From: Salarias fasciatus
Lineage: Eukaryota
DNA: 64,000 nucleotides
Assembly: GCF_902148845.1 (NCBI RefSeq)
Contig: NC_043762.1
Span: 29,090,760 to 29,154,759 of the forward strand
Direction of reading: 5' to 3'
Shown here: in pieces, positions 46,220 to 57,962 of the stretch
Numbering within the stretch: the stretch's first letter is position 1
How the letters are laid out: every line of letters starts with the position of its first letter
Notes under the pieces: generated by a model
What the model saw: only the letters and a program-made list of their open reading frames with translations
The model's database searches: none
Told to the model about the DNA's origin: nothing
Made by a program: the position numbers and the translations under genes

Positions 46220-46745
46220 CACACTCCTGTTCTGTGTTAGATAAACACGCAGAGAAACATGACAGCGAACGTGACATTTTGAGCCGAAACAGCGCGGAGT
46301 GTGGAGGGTTTCCCAGGCCTGCCCGCCAGCCGGCGGGGAAATGGGTCACAACTTGACATGCCCGCTCGCTGCTGGCAGCGGCTCGTGGATGGAGGAGGGG
46401 GAATGTAGGGCAGCGAGGCAGTGTTTCTGCCTGTCATCCCGTCCCCGGACGGCCCGGGCGGCAGCTCTCCCCGGGGCCTGAGTCACCGCTGAGTGCTGCA
46501 TGCCGGCCACTGAAGCTATTTCAGGTCAGGTCCATTTGTTGTCGCCGTCTCTGCGATGAGCGGACTGTCTGACTGACGGAGTGTGTGTCGGTCCGCTCTT
46601 TGGCACGCGGCGTCGGCCTTTGTGATGTGGATGTCCAAACACGGCGCCGGCGCTCGGCCTGATGGGTGCTTCATCTATCATTTATATCTGGCGCCGTGAC
46701 GCGGCGTGTTAATCCGGGCCCCTGCTGTGTTTCTGCCCACCACAG

Positions 46746-46841
46746 ATATCCGCTGTCCCTTCTGCTCAAAGCCTTTCCCGGGGGGTCGGATCGAGGATCA
46801 CCTGCTGAGCTGTCTCACGTCTCCGCCTCTACCTTACAACA
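46746..46841 (+). CDS. znrf1: ZNRF exon 2 (N-IRCPFCSKPFPGGRIEDHLLSCLTSPPLPYN), zinc-finger region
   Basis: Acceptor cccaccacag|. Matches ZNRF1 'FKCPICSKSVASDEMEMHFIMCLSKPRLSYN'. Donor CA|GTACGT. Confidence 0.85.
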
Positions 46842-46936
46842 GTACGTATCGCAGAAACGCTCCAGCAGCAGCCTGTTTGGTTTCTTGTTGTGAACGTGTG
46901 ATGGTGCTTATTGTCGCTGCGCTCGTGTGTTTCCAG

Positions 46937-47042
46937 CCGACATGCTCAGTAAAGACAGCGGAGAGTGCTCGATCTGTCTGGAGGACCTGGTGCAGGGAGA
47001 GACCATCGCCAGGCTGGCTTGTCTCTGCGTCTACCACAAGAG
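46937..47042 (+). CDS. znrf1: ZNRF exon 3 (TDMLSKDSGECSICLEDLVQGETIARLACLCVYHK), RING-H2 first half
   Basis: Matches ZNRF1 'DDVLTKDAGECVICLEELLQGDTIARLPCLCIYHK'. Acceptor ttccag|, donor AG|GTAACC. Confidence 0.9.
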
Positions 47043-47565
47043 GTAACCAAGTCCAGCTGAGGGACGTGATCAAGTCAGCCAATCACGTGATGGCGTTAGA
47101 TAACAGACACACACACCAAGCATTCAAAGCGCCGGTCTAATCAGGTTGGATTGTTTACACCGTGTGAATGTAATCAGACTGACGTTGAAACAAATTGATT
47201 AGGTCAGCAGCAGCCGCCGCGTGGACCGCAGTAAAAAGGTGGTCAAGAGTTACCATGGAAACCAGTAGATCCCGAACAGTGGAGTTGATCACGCCACCAC
47301 AGTTCTTCACTTGTTACACTTGGCACCAGACACTTTACCGCTTACACACAGCGTGGCGGCACTGTCTGAGGCGTCCTCTGGGTTTTCTGCAGCCGGCGCT
47401 CGTCTGACCCCGGCAGGAAGTCGTCTCCGGCCGTCTGCTGTCACGCCGCCATTCGTAAAACTGTGTCATTTCCAATCCAGAAAAGATTACGGACTTTAAA
47501 CCGCGATTGCTTATCTCCTGCCTGAGTTCTCTCAGACTGACTGCGTGTCGATCAGATGGTTGATG

Positions 47566-47571
<6 letters not shown>

Positions 47572-47596
<25 letters not shown>
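47572..47596. repeat. Poly-T tract (~25 nt) in a znrf intron
   Basis: Direct reading. Confidence 0.9.
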
Positions 47597-48483
47597 GTGA
47601 CCCGAGATCTACCTGTGATACTGCTTCGATGTGTTTGGCGTCCCGGCTTCAGGGAGCGTTATCGCCATTCAGTATCAAAGTGCTCTTCAACTGTAGATGA
47701 AACTGGCAAAAGAAGAGGAATTTGAAGGTTAGCTCAAAGTGAGAACTCTGAATCCGAGGTGAAAACGAAATTGTCTGTTTACAGATGTGAAATAATGGTG
47801 GCTGCCTGATGGTTTCAGGCATGGGGGAAGTAAAAGCTGTGTCTGGTGGACATGTCTGATACAAGGAGACACGTTGTCCTCTCTTGTCTTGTCTTTGCCA
47901 CTCTGCTGAATCTTTGCAAGAAAAGAATCATGTTTGAAAAATTAGATAAAAGTCAAGGTCTTATCACATCACTTCATAAATGTGATGTCTGTGTGTTTCT
48001 CAGCAAATGTCTTGTGTGACAAGAGAAATATTATCAGCATTGCATTTTAAACGGCCGTGTTCACTGATCTATATGAAAACGTATTTTTAGAAGGGGTTGT
48101 TTTGCAGGTTCTTTTGACTTGGAACCAATAAAAGAAGAACGGCGTGTGTGTGGAGCTGGCCCAAGTGTTTTGTATTAGAAAGGCGCTGTAGGTGTGGTTA
48201 CTTGGCCGCAGAAGTGACATTTCAATCCACCCAATTCAGCAGCTGAGATATGGAAAAACCCAGAACTTTTTATTGCACAACAATCAGAGCGATGACGGTA
48301 ATCACACACACTGCAGCTCTGCTAGTGTTCGTCCAGAACTGAACAATTAACTAGAAAACACCAGAGGAAAGTGGACATGTCAGCTGCTCGTGATCTGGTC
48401 GTTACATTTAATCTGGTTTTAGAAAAGGGAGAGAATATCAAATCTCAACAGCTGATGAACGTCGTCCTCTTTTCTCCCCACAG

Positions 48484-48541
48484 CTGCATCGACTCCTGGT
48501 CCAAGGTGAAGCCCTGCTGCCCCGAGCATCCCTTCGATTGA
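48484..48541 (+). CDS. znrf1: ZNRF terminal coding segment (SCIDSWSKVKPCCPEHPFD*), stop TGA 48539-48541
   Basis: Matches ZNRF1 'SCIDSWFEVNRSCPEHPAD*'. Closer to ZNRF1 than to ZNRF2 (CIDSW vs CIDEW), but the paralog assignment is tentative. Confidence 0.85.
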
Positions 48542-51500
48542 CTCTCAGGTCACCGGCGTTCTGCACAGTGACCGACCCGACTCAGGTACGGCCCGGGTCC
48601 AGAGCTGTCGGGGTGCTGCGGCGCCGGCGCCGCTCCGGCCAGCCTCTCCGTGAAGACGCTGCGATCGGGAAATGCCCCGGAGCGCCGGGTGACTCACCAG
48701 CCGCCTGGCGCGGCTCCACATGAGAGGCGGACTTCATGCGAAAATATTCCGCTCGGATTGGAAGACATGAGATCAAGACGCAGACGCTTTACAATGGGGA
48801 AAGGCGTTTTAGTTTTATTCAAAGGCCTGGAAAGTGAATTACCTGTAATGAAGCATATGTACTGACTTATATGCATTTTTTTGGTAAACTTATATAGTGC
48901 TTTTTCATCTGCATTAGCAGAAACCAAAGCGCTTCACACTGCAATATCACATTCACCCCATACTGGGTGGTGTTATTAGTCTTAATTTTTATTCCCTATG
49001 TTTGTTCTTCTCCGTAAAACCTGCTGGTTCCACCCCTCTGAAGACGGTTAGTGTTGCAGTAACAGGAATCAAAGCGACCGACAGCAAAGAGAATGGAATC
49101 AATAAATCATTGAACACCAAGACTTAATGTTTCCAATTAACGAAAATGCAAATTTTAAATGGGTTTCATTTTGTTTTATGTAAAGTTTTTGTAATATTTA
49201 GAAAAATCAGCTTTCGGTCCATTACAGTGATCTCCTGACACTGAGAAATAACATTTTTATTTGCTGAACTTTTCAGTGTTATTTACTGCAGAGCAGCTGA
49301 ATGAACACGTGTGAGTAAATATTTAATGAAATCGGTTTTAATGTGATGGCCTTCCTGTCTTTTCTTTCTCTCTTCACAGGAGACTACACTGAATCCCAAT
49401 AAAATCCCGATGAAAATGTGTATTGAGTAAACGCCAGCCCGCTGCAGATCTTCAGACGATGAACGCTCGCCGCTCGGATCTCGGCTTCATCTGGACCATT
49501 TCACTCCTGAACCCCCCCCAAACCCGCGGCCGGATCCCTCGTCCGTTGGACGGTCTTGGCCTGAAAACCTGGATTATTTAAATATTTCTTTTAACCCTTG
49601 AACGATCTGGGAAACACGGAGGAACACAAGGAAAACAAAACGAAAGAAAAATGTCTTAACTGTGACTCTGGATCCTCTCCTGTGTAATTTTCCTTCCTCG
49701 GACTGGGATCGGTGGCTTTGTCGTTCTGCAGAAAGCGTGTGGAGGGAGGGAGGATGTTTCCTCTGCTCGGCTCGCCCCGGACGATCGACCCGCCGGCGCC
49801 GCTCCGCTCCGACCCGGCCGCCGGTCCGGGGCTGCCGGGCGTTCTGCTTTCTATTACCTGTAAACATTTCAGGGGAAGTGTGGGGCCTTCTGTTCACTTC
49901 TGTTCTGTTGTTTTGATCATTTCTTGAGTAGGTCACTTTCTGGTAGGTGGTTAGTTAGCGCTGAGTTTCCCGTGCTGCTACGTGGTGGGTGTGTGAGAAG
50001 GCTGTAGGTGTTTCATAGAGTCATAGTTAACGCCTCTTTTGGCATTTTGTGCACTTTTGCTCCTCAAAGCTGTGTTTTTTTGTTTTTTTGTTTTTTTTTT
50101 TTCCCCCTCAACATTGAATCTGGGAGAAGTGTGTGCATGTGTGTGTGTTGAGAAGATGACCTGGGACACAATGCGTCCTGTGAGTGTGAGTGTGTGTGTG
50201 TGTTTGAAAGTGTAAATTGCCCAGAAGTCTGCTTCTCAAGTTGTTCAAGTTACTGCTCTTTTTTCTTTCTTTCTTTTTTGTTTCTTGTGCTTTTTTGGGG
50301 CTGAACTTCCTGTTACACATGACATTTGGTACGCGAGGTCCAGATCCATTGCGGTTTGGGGGGGTTTAGCCCCCCCTCCCTCCCTTCTTCCTCCTCATTT
50401 TCAAACACTCTGGGGTTTTGTCCGGATTGTTTGGACTCGGGCCTCGAGCGACAAAGTTTGGCCATCTGGCTCCACGGATGCCAGATCTGGGGAGGGGGGT
50501 TAGCAGGACGGGGGGAGGGGGGGGGACGGGTCCAGGATGTATTTTTGGGGACATGTTTACGCCATGTGGCATCTGCCTCTCTTCTCCACAGCACTGGAGG
50601 CAACGGAGGACAGATGATGGTTAATTATTACATAAGCCCCCCCCCCCCAACCCTGTTGCCCCCGTTTCGCTTTCATTTTTTTTTAAACAATTGTTACATT
50701 TCTGATGATTATTGCTCGATGTGTTGAACGGCTTTCCTTTGCCTTTTATTGCGTGTTGATTGCCTTTGCCTGGTGAAGGGGTTTTTGTGCAAGCAGGTAT
50801 TTGTAGTGTTTTTCATTATTATATATAATATAATATAATATATATATTCAGGGCTGAGATCGAAGCCCCTAAAGGGAGACTGCTCGACAGGCGCTGTGTG
50901 TGACACAGGTTGTCCTCCGGCCGAGAGAACAGACGTGGCGTGATTGTGGACGCTGCTCAGAAGTGGCTCCGTGTGTTTGACTCTCAGATTCCAGGCGAGC
51001 CTGGCGGGTCCGACCCCCCCCCCCCTGCCCCCCCGCCCCGCCTCTCCTGACTCCTCTTTTTCTTGTCCCTGGTGTTCTGTGGTCTGAGGTGCTACAGCCT
51101 GCCCCGCCCCTAGGGGGCAGCACCGTGCATGTTTCTCACGTTATGTATTGGACAGGAGAAGAACGATGCCAAAAGTCTCTGTGCGTTGGGGGGTTGGGGG
51201 GTTGGGGGGTTGTGGCTGCAGAAGACGGTGCATCCCTCATTCGGTGTGACATTTGTCGTGGTGATGAGTTCTGATGTTCTACTTTGGGCTGGGAGGGGCG
51301 GGGCCGCTGGAGGTTGGGTTGTCCACAAAGATAACAAGACAATCTAAAACCCCACAATCCCTTATTTTATCTTATTTTATCGTCCCACCCTCCCCCGTCA
51401 GCTGTGTGGTGCAATACCTCAAATTTCTACCAATGCTAGCTAAACGTGGCGTGTGTAAACTAGCTCCTCTCCAACCAAGGATGGTATTTTGTATAAATGT

Positions 51501-51815
51501 CCCGGGTCCTCGGCTTTGACGTGTTTTGAGACCGATGCATTAGATGGGAACGTTTTTCCTTTCTTTCTTTTTAGCGAAGAGTCACCACAGCGGTGTCTGC
51601 ATCCCGAGATATGGACAATCTGCCTTTACTCTGGTATTAAAAAAAAACAAATTGAATTTTATTTATTAAATTGTAAATATGCAATGCAATTCAAAGAAAA
51701 ATGGCTTGGTCCTTGTCTGTTCAATATACTGTTTCTAAGCTCTGATCTTTTGTATGTCTCAGAAATTGTTTTTATATGTATTTTTTACAATAAATATGTG
51801 TGAGAGACGTTTGGT
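48542..51815 (+). other. znrf1: Putative long 3' UTR of the ZNRF gene ending at AATAAA (~51793) with a GT-rich downstream element
   Basis: No further coding exons detected. AT-rich 3'-UTR-like end 'ttttttacaataaatatgtgtgagagacg'. An alternative AATAAA lies at ~49397. G-rich and C-rich blocks sit between. Confidence 0.45.
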
Positions 51816-52079
51816 CGGCGTGTGTTTTGGTGTGGAGGCGTCTCTGATGCTGCCGTGATCCAGTGGTGTAGTGGTCGGAACTGTCAGAAGATGGATGATT
51901 CACAAAGAAGGCGGCGAAAAACCCAGAGATTTAAGTAAAAGTTTCCAGATATCGGCCTGGTCGGGTTGGAGGGACTTACGGTATTTATGAAATGAAAACT
52001 AAAGCAACTTGTGACCCACACAAGTGGAGCACAAACCGCTGAGCTGAGCTGTCACTTCCTTCCACTTTCTGTTCTCTCA

Positions 52080-52081
<2 letters not shown>

Positions 52082-52119
<38 letters not shown>
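52082..52119. repeat. (CA)19 microsatellite, intergenic between znrf and parp2
   Basis: Direct reading. Confidence 0.95.
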
Positions 52120-52121
<2 letters not shown>

Positions 52122-53099
52122 ATGAGTCAGTTGTCTGGAAACGGACCGCTCCTTGATGTGAAATCGAACTCATCTCTCTTCAGATAAACCCGGGTCGTGT
52201 CTCAGGGTAACGTGGACAGAAGGGACAAAAAAGCAGCCTCGTCTTCTTATTATTTTACTGTTTTAGTGTTTCTTCCCTCATGACTTGTCTTCAGATTTTC
52301 CCAGGGGCATCACAGGAAAAGTTCCTTTTTCCAGTATTTACATTTTTCCATAATTGCGTCTCCTTTGTTTGCATCTAAAAAACACCTGAATGGTCAAAAC
52401 CTGCAAGTCTGAGCTCAGAGTCGTTTACTTTCTATCTTTGTTGTTATGAAAAAAGTCACATGTCAGGGAACAGGAGTGGCAGCATGTGGGATATTTATAC
52501 AGCACCACTAATCACACGTGGAAGAAGTTACAGCAAGCAGCGAGAAAAAGGAACTAAACTGCACAATCACTGTTAACACAGACAAAAATCTTTTTAAAAA
52601 TCAATATTTCAACATGATATAAGAATATTCTAATGGGTGCATATACTTGATTCAAAAACAGATATTTAGATGTTTCTCCAATTTTCATTAATCTCAAGTG
52701 TCGCATATAGAAAACATGTTTAAAGACATTCTCATGCAGAAAGTCCTGCTTCCCTGAATAACTGGATTGAAAGAAGAAAACTAATGACAAAAAGAAAGAA
52801 AGAGAGGGATAATTTCAGTAAATGTTCTGACTCCAGATCAGATCTCCTCTCGGAAACAATCAGCTCCACAGAGAAACACAATCCTGCTTGTTCTCCCTCC
52901 TCTTTTCTAAAATGTCAGCTGATTTCTGAGATGAGCTTCACTCTCTTGATTCTCCTACTGGAGAGGAGGTGAAACTACACACACACTCACATAAACACAC
53001 GCGCAGACTGTCCAAACTGAACACACAGATCTTTATTATCAACATTGAGTTCTGTATGTTTTCAACTTCATGGCTTGAATCCTAATTGATGGATTTTCT

Positions 53100-53105
53100 T
53101 TTATT
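53100..53105 (-). terminator. parp2: Candidate parp2 polyadenylation signal (AATAAA on the minus strand)
   Basis: Plus-strand 'tttatt' ~630 nt downstream of the parp2 stop. Confidence 0.4.
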
Positions 53106-53729
53106 GAATTTATTTCATTCTTTTTAAAATAAGGTCCAAATGTTTAAAAATGCAATCAATGAAACATACACCGTCACCCATTTCCTGTTTTTTCTTTTTT
53201 TTAATCGACAAAGACCTGATCTGGGCAACACACACACACACATCTTCATGAGTTAAACACAGCTGAAAATGAAGGCAGCAGTAATGAGAAGCAATATGAA
53301 GAAACGTAGTGCAAACTCCTCTGAATATATGTTTCATGCCATATTCAGTACAGTAAACCTGAAAGCCCCTTCACCAACCAGGAAACACTCGGGTGTCTTC
53401 TGACTGAGCTTCCTCATCTTTTTTTTTTTTTCTTTTTGATCAGGGATAAATGAACAGGAGGAACTGTGATCGTGTGTACGCTCCCTCGCTTCATTAGAAT
53501 AACAGACCAGCTTAAGAAGCGTAACGCTGCTCGTCCATCGTGTGACGGCGCCAGGAAGGCGTCCGATTGGCTGGATGTAGTGTTTTCATGGATTCCCTCC
53601 AGCAAACGGGACAAACACACACGACCACGAGCCCTCCCTGGTCCCCAGAGTCCAGCGGCCATACCGGAGCTAAATGAGCGTCAGCCAAGAGGAACTGGAG
53701 CAGGGTCTGTGCAGACACTGCTGGGCGCC

Positions 53730-53892
53730 TCACCACAGCGAGGACGAGTAGTTGAACTGGATCCTCAGCAGGTAGCGCATGCGGATCTGGGCGGGGTCGT
53801 AGACGATGAACTCGTTGTAGAGCAGGGAGTAGCCGCTGGCCGAGCCCACGCTGGTCTTCACCCCGGGGCCCATCGGCATCGTGGCTCCGTTC
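53730..53892 (-). CDS. parp2: PARP2 terminal exon (NGATMPMGPGVKTSVGSASGYSLLYNEFIVYDPAQIRMRYLLRIQFNYSSSLW*)
   Basis: Matches the human PARP2 C-terminus 'NGSTVPLGPASDTGILNPDGYTLNYNEYIVYNPNQVRMRYLLKVQFNFLQLW*'. Acceptor ctctccgcag|. Confidence 0.9.
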
Positions 53893-53977
53893 CTGCGGAG
53901 AGCAGAGGAGGACCAGGGGTCCCGTCAGACGCGGATCTCATGCAGAGTTTGAATATTTGTGCTGCGCGTGCACCGAC

Positions 53978-54102
53978 AGCGTGACGGCCTTCCTGGGGTC
54001 CGGCCCGGTCCGGCCCAGGCCCTTGGTGCTGCTCTTCCCAGCTGGGAGGTTGCTGGCCTCGTAGTCGGCGTTGAGCAGCTCGTTGGAGTCTCCCAGGGCA
54101 AC
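53978..54102 (-). CDS. parp2: PARP2 catalytic exon (VALGDSNELLNADYEASNLPAGKSSTKGLGRTGPDPRKAVTL)
   Basis: Matches human 'VALGQCNELLEANPKAEGLLQGKHSTKGLGKMAPSSAHFVTL'. Confidence 0.85.
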
Positions 54103-54271
54103 CTGCAGGGGTCAGGGGTCAGACTTAGGCTCAAACTGGTTGACATCTGTAACAATCCAAGTGTTTTCGCTTGAAATATTCAAAGCCAAACATCACTTGG
54201 GCGTTGTTTAACTTCAAGCTGTTTGCTCCCAAAAGATGGCAGAAAGGCGAAAGACTGAGCGTGAACTCACT

Positions 54272-54370
54272 TCGCACAGCAGCAGCAGCCCGACCTTGTT
54301 GTTCTGCGAGGCGAAGCAGTAGTTGGCACTTTTTGACGACATGTCAGCGAAGTAGATGCCCTTACCAAAC
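54272..54370 (-). CDS. parp2: PARP2 catalytic exon ([33 protein letters not shown])
   Basis: Near-identical to human PARP2 '[33 protein letters not shown]'. Donor GAA|GTGAGT. Confidence 0.9.
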
Positions 54371-55013
54371 TGAAAAGAAAGAAGAGTGACGCTGTGGCGT
54401 TACTGAAGAAAACACCTCATCGATCAGACATGGTTTTGTTCAAATTCAAACACTCTACAATCAAAAGGAGAACGAGAACCAAGGACACATGAAGCACATT
54501 TCACTCACTCTTCACTGTGAAGAAAAATAATCCCAACCTTCGCAGGTTAGTAGTTGGTTTGTAGTTTTGTAAGCTTTTTTCCAAACATTTTTAATTTTCT
54601 TCTTTGAGAAATTCTAAATATTTCAGTTTTTTTTAAACCATTCTATTATTTTTCCGCCATTTCTTGTGATTCTAGCTTTTTTTTAACTCCTTTTGAACCA
54701 AGACTGACAAATATTTTCAAAAAGTACTTCAATATTTATTCACGTTTTTTGTTGTGAAGGCTTCATGGAGCCGCTAGAGAGGGATTAAGGTCTTATATTC
54801 TGCTGTTTTCACTTTGTGAGGAGTTTCTTATAGCAGTGTGTGTAGCCGTAGCCTCATTATGACGTTTAAATGTGAAAACTGTCTGTCTCCTCCCTGTCTC
54901 GCTGCACCACGTTTTTGAAAATGAAACTGAAGCTGAAACGACTGAGTTTGAGTTTGGTGCCCTTATCCTGAAGTAAGAGGACTTCACTGCTCCCCCTGAC
55001 TGTGCCCCCAATA

Positions 55014-55037
55014 TGTGTGTGTGTGTGTGTGTGTGTT
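55014..55037. repeat. (TG)12 microsatellite in a parp2 intron
   Basis: Direct reading. Confidence 0.9.
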
Positions 55038-55261
55038 AGTGGGCGTGGCCAGATGCGTTCAAGTGCATGCCGGAAAGCAGGCTCAGAAACAGCCTGTTCT
55101 CCTCAGAGCCACTTTTTAGACCCTGAAACTCCGAACAAAAGATGAATTTGGGGCGAACAAACTTAAATGCTATGTTTTTGGGCTTCGGAGACCGATATGA
55201 CGTGACTGAAAAATAGCATCATATAAGACCTTTAAAGAGACACATGTGGCCCCGGAGCCGC

Positions 55262-55870
55262 GGGTTGAACACCCCTGCACTGAACCCACCATGTAGCCGG
55301 TGACGGGGGCTTCAGGCGGCGCCACCCGGAGGCCCTGGCTGAGGATCCCGGCCCAGTTGGAGAGGCGGGAGCCGTGCCACAGCAGGGTCCTGTTGGACAC
55401 ACAGGAGGACGGGCGCTGTCAATAAAAGACACACTCTTCCACTGAAGACAGTCCCAGAGCCGCTGCTGGCGGCGTGGCTCGCCTGTTGTGCAGCTGAGAC
55501 AGGAAGCTGGCGCTCTCGCCGTCCCGGTCCACGGAGAAGATGTCCACCACGCTCATGGTGTAGTCGGAGTGTGTGGGGGCGTGCGTGGACTGCAGGTACT
55601 TCTCTATCATCTTCACAGAGATGAAGACACGTGAGGGCGGTGGACGTGAACAGATCCTGAAAGGAGGCGGAGCTTCCAGACCACTGACCTTGAACTCGCT
55701 GCTGCTGGAGTCCAGGGGCTGCAGCTTGCAGCGGAGGGCCTGGTACTGTTTGTCGGCCGGGTGTTCGTCGCCGTCCTCACTGCTCTGCACCATCTTCACG
55801 GCGATCTGGATGTCACTCAGCGCCTTGGAGACACAGCAGACACTCAGCTCACACTGAACCTCACTGGTCC
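55262..55870 (-). CDS. parp2: PARP2 regulatory/catalytic exons (around 55262-55400 '[34 protein letters not shown]'; around 55450-55620 '[45 protein letters not shown]'; around 55745-55860 '[45 protein letters not shown]')
   Basis: Colinear with human '[120 protein letters not shown]'. Confidence 0.85.
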
Positions 55871-55879
55871 TCACGCTGA

Positions 55880-57062
55880 GGCCGTTCAGAGTCGTCCCAC
55901 CTCCAGCAGGGCGATTTTATCCTTCAGCTCCTGCTCCGTGCGGATGATGGGCGGAGTCCTCAGCCTGCAGTTTCAGAGCTCTGAGTAACTGAAAGGTTGT
56001 GTTTTTCAGCATCACTGCGTCTTCTCGTCATGAACCTCACCCGAAGTCGTGCGGGATGCGGGTGTAGAACTGGTTGCAGGCCTCCAGCAGCTGCTGGCCG
56101 CTGCCCTTCCTCTTCAGACAGTCCTCGATCATCTTCAGCGCCTGGTAGCCGGCGCGGATCTGCTCAGTGGTCAGCTTTCCTGCAGGAGCACCAAAAGTAC
56201 TGATCAGTCTGGAGGGTTTTTTTTCGGGTTTTCTAATTTATTTTGAAACGGGACGGACCGAGGGGAGCCTTGCGGACGTCGAACTTCATCTCCAGCACAC
56301 ACTCCTCCATGGTTCTGATGTTACAGATGAGCTCCAGCAGCTGCTGAACCTTCTCATCCAGCTTGGAGGTCTTCTTTTTGGGAGCGGTGTCCACCGTGGT
56401 CTTATTCTCCTCCTGGAATCGTCAAACTCGTCCATGAGCGACGGGCCCGGCCCGACAGGGCGTCCCCTGCCTGGGGTCGTCTCACACACTCACCTTGTCG
56501 TTGGCGCTGTAATCCATGAACACCATGTCGTACTTCCCGGGCTCCTTCTCAAAGTTCTGCCGGTCGTCCCACTCGTTCTTCGTCTTGTCGAAAAACCTGC
56601 AGCAGGAGAGTTTTCCCCGGACGTCAGAGCAGGGCCGACGTCCCGAACGCCTTCAGCCGGCTGCACTCACTTTTTCTTGAAGACGTTCTTGGCCTTGAGC
56701 AGGTCTGCGCCGCAGGCGGTGAGGCTGCTCTGGCCCACTTTGCCCACTGCGGGGAACAAACCGATCACATCAGAGTCGAGACAGAAGACAGCGAGGATAC
56801 AAGGCTTCGATCAGTCACCTCGGCCCCATCTCATCCACACGCTGTAGGCTTTGGAGGAGTCGTCCTCCAGCAGCTGGATCAGGTAATACTTGTTGTTGTT
56901 AAACTGAAGATTCGTCTGAGGAAAAGAAGAAGTCAAACATCATCTGCTTGTTCGAAATTCTATCCACTTTGAATCGTTTCCTCGTCCTCATTCAAGATTT
57001 CCAAAAGCTTTACCTGGTTGAGCATCACATCGAAAACCTCTTTTCCTTCACTGTAGACGTGA
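55880..57062 (-). CDS. parp2: PARP2 helical and WGR-domain exons (several; e.g. ~56286-56420 'KLDEKVQQLLELICNIRTMEECVLEMKFD', ~56830-56920 'TNLQFNNNKYYLIQLLEDDSSKAYSVWMRWGR', ~56995-57062 'AHVYSEGKEVFDVMLNQ')
   Basis: Match human PARP2 'QLDLRVQELIKLICNVQAMEEMMMEMKYN', 'TNLQFNNNKYYLIQLLEDDAQRNFSVWMRWGR', 'AHVYCEGNDVYDVMLNQ'. Confidence 0.8.
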
Positions 57063-57439
57063 GCCTGAAACCAAGACGTTTTCAAAGAGTCAGAAACATG
57101 CGCACACTTCGCCTTTTTCTATACTAAACTTGTGTAAATGTTTAAGTTTTTCAACAATATATGGGATGCTCACTGTAAACTCTGAGTGTAACATAAAGTG
57201 TAGCATAAAGACTAAAAACTGCCAGGCACTTTTTTAATCCTAATTACGAGAACTAACAAAAACCTAAATAAACGACTGATTTACTTTCAAATAAATGTGC
57301 ATATCTGGAACAACAAAGATATGGCAATTCTGCTTATTGGTCATTTAATAAAGAGGCTGTTCATGAACGTCTCCTCAAAGAAAAAAACAACATAGAGAAT
57401 AAACATTGGCTGAGTTTGAGGTTTGATATAAACTTTACC

Positions 57440-57545
57440 TTTCCCAGCTTGGCTTTGCATTCTGGGTCCACTGGAGCCATTCCCTTCAAGACCACCTTCT
57501 TCACAACCTCCGCTGCAAAGATCAGAGGCACCACAAGAACAAACA
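57440..57545 (-). CDS. parp2: PARP2 N-terminal-region exon (...AEVVKKVVLKGMAPVDPECKAKLGK)
   Basis: Matches human 'VKALLLKGKAPVDPECTAKVGK'. Confidence 0.8.
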
Positions 57546-57673
57546 ATGAAGGTTTAATGACTTAAATATAAATTAAAACAGCATCTATTAATCTATTCAA
57601 ACTTGTGCACTGAAAACAGCTAAAGCTCTCAGATTTTTTTAGCGCTGCTCCCAGCATGTTAGCTCAGCATTAC

Positions 57674-57848
57674 CTTCATCTTTTGCCTCTGCTTTGGGAG
57701 TTTCTTCTGTCTTTATCTGCTTCTTGCTCTGTCCTCTCCTCTTCTTCGGCGCAGGCTGCTCTTCTGCCTCTTCTTCTTCTTCCTCTTTGACTTCAGCCGG
57801 TTTCCCATTTTGTGTCGTCGCCTCACCATCATCCGCTGAACTTTCTTA
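57674..57848 (-). CDS. parp2: PARP2 charged NTR exon (ESSADDGEATTQNGKPAEVKEEEEEEAEEQPAPKKRRGQSKKQIKTEETPKAEAKDE), NLS-like KKRR
   Basis: Acceptor ttttttttaag| is phase-compatible with the upstream WWE exon. Donor GAAG|GTAATG. Analogous to the basic human PARP2 NTR. Confidence 0.6.
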
Positions 57849-57962
57849 AAAAAAAAAAAAAAGGTTGAAAATGTGTTTCTCTGCAAAAGTGTCTTAAGAT
57901 GACTGTTGTTACTGGTGAAATATAAAAGAAATTGAAGTGAAAATTTGAAAAAAGACAAGTAC

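Noticed and set aside
51840-51910. tRNA-like sequence ('tccagtggtgtagtggtcgg')
   Set aside because: Only a D-loop-like GTGGTGTAGTGG motif. No acceptor stem or anticodon arm can be folded. More likely a tRNA-derived SINE fragment or chance.
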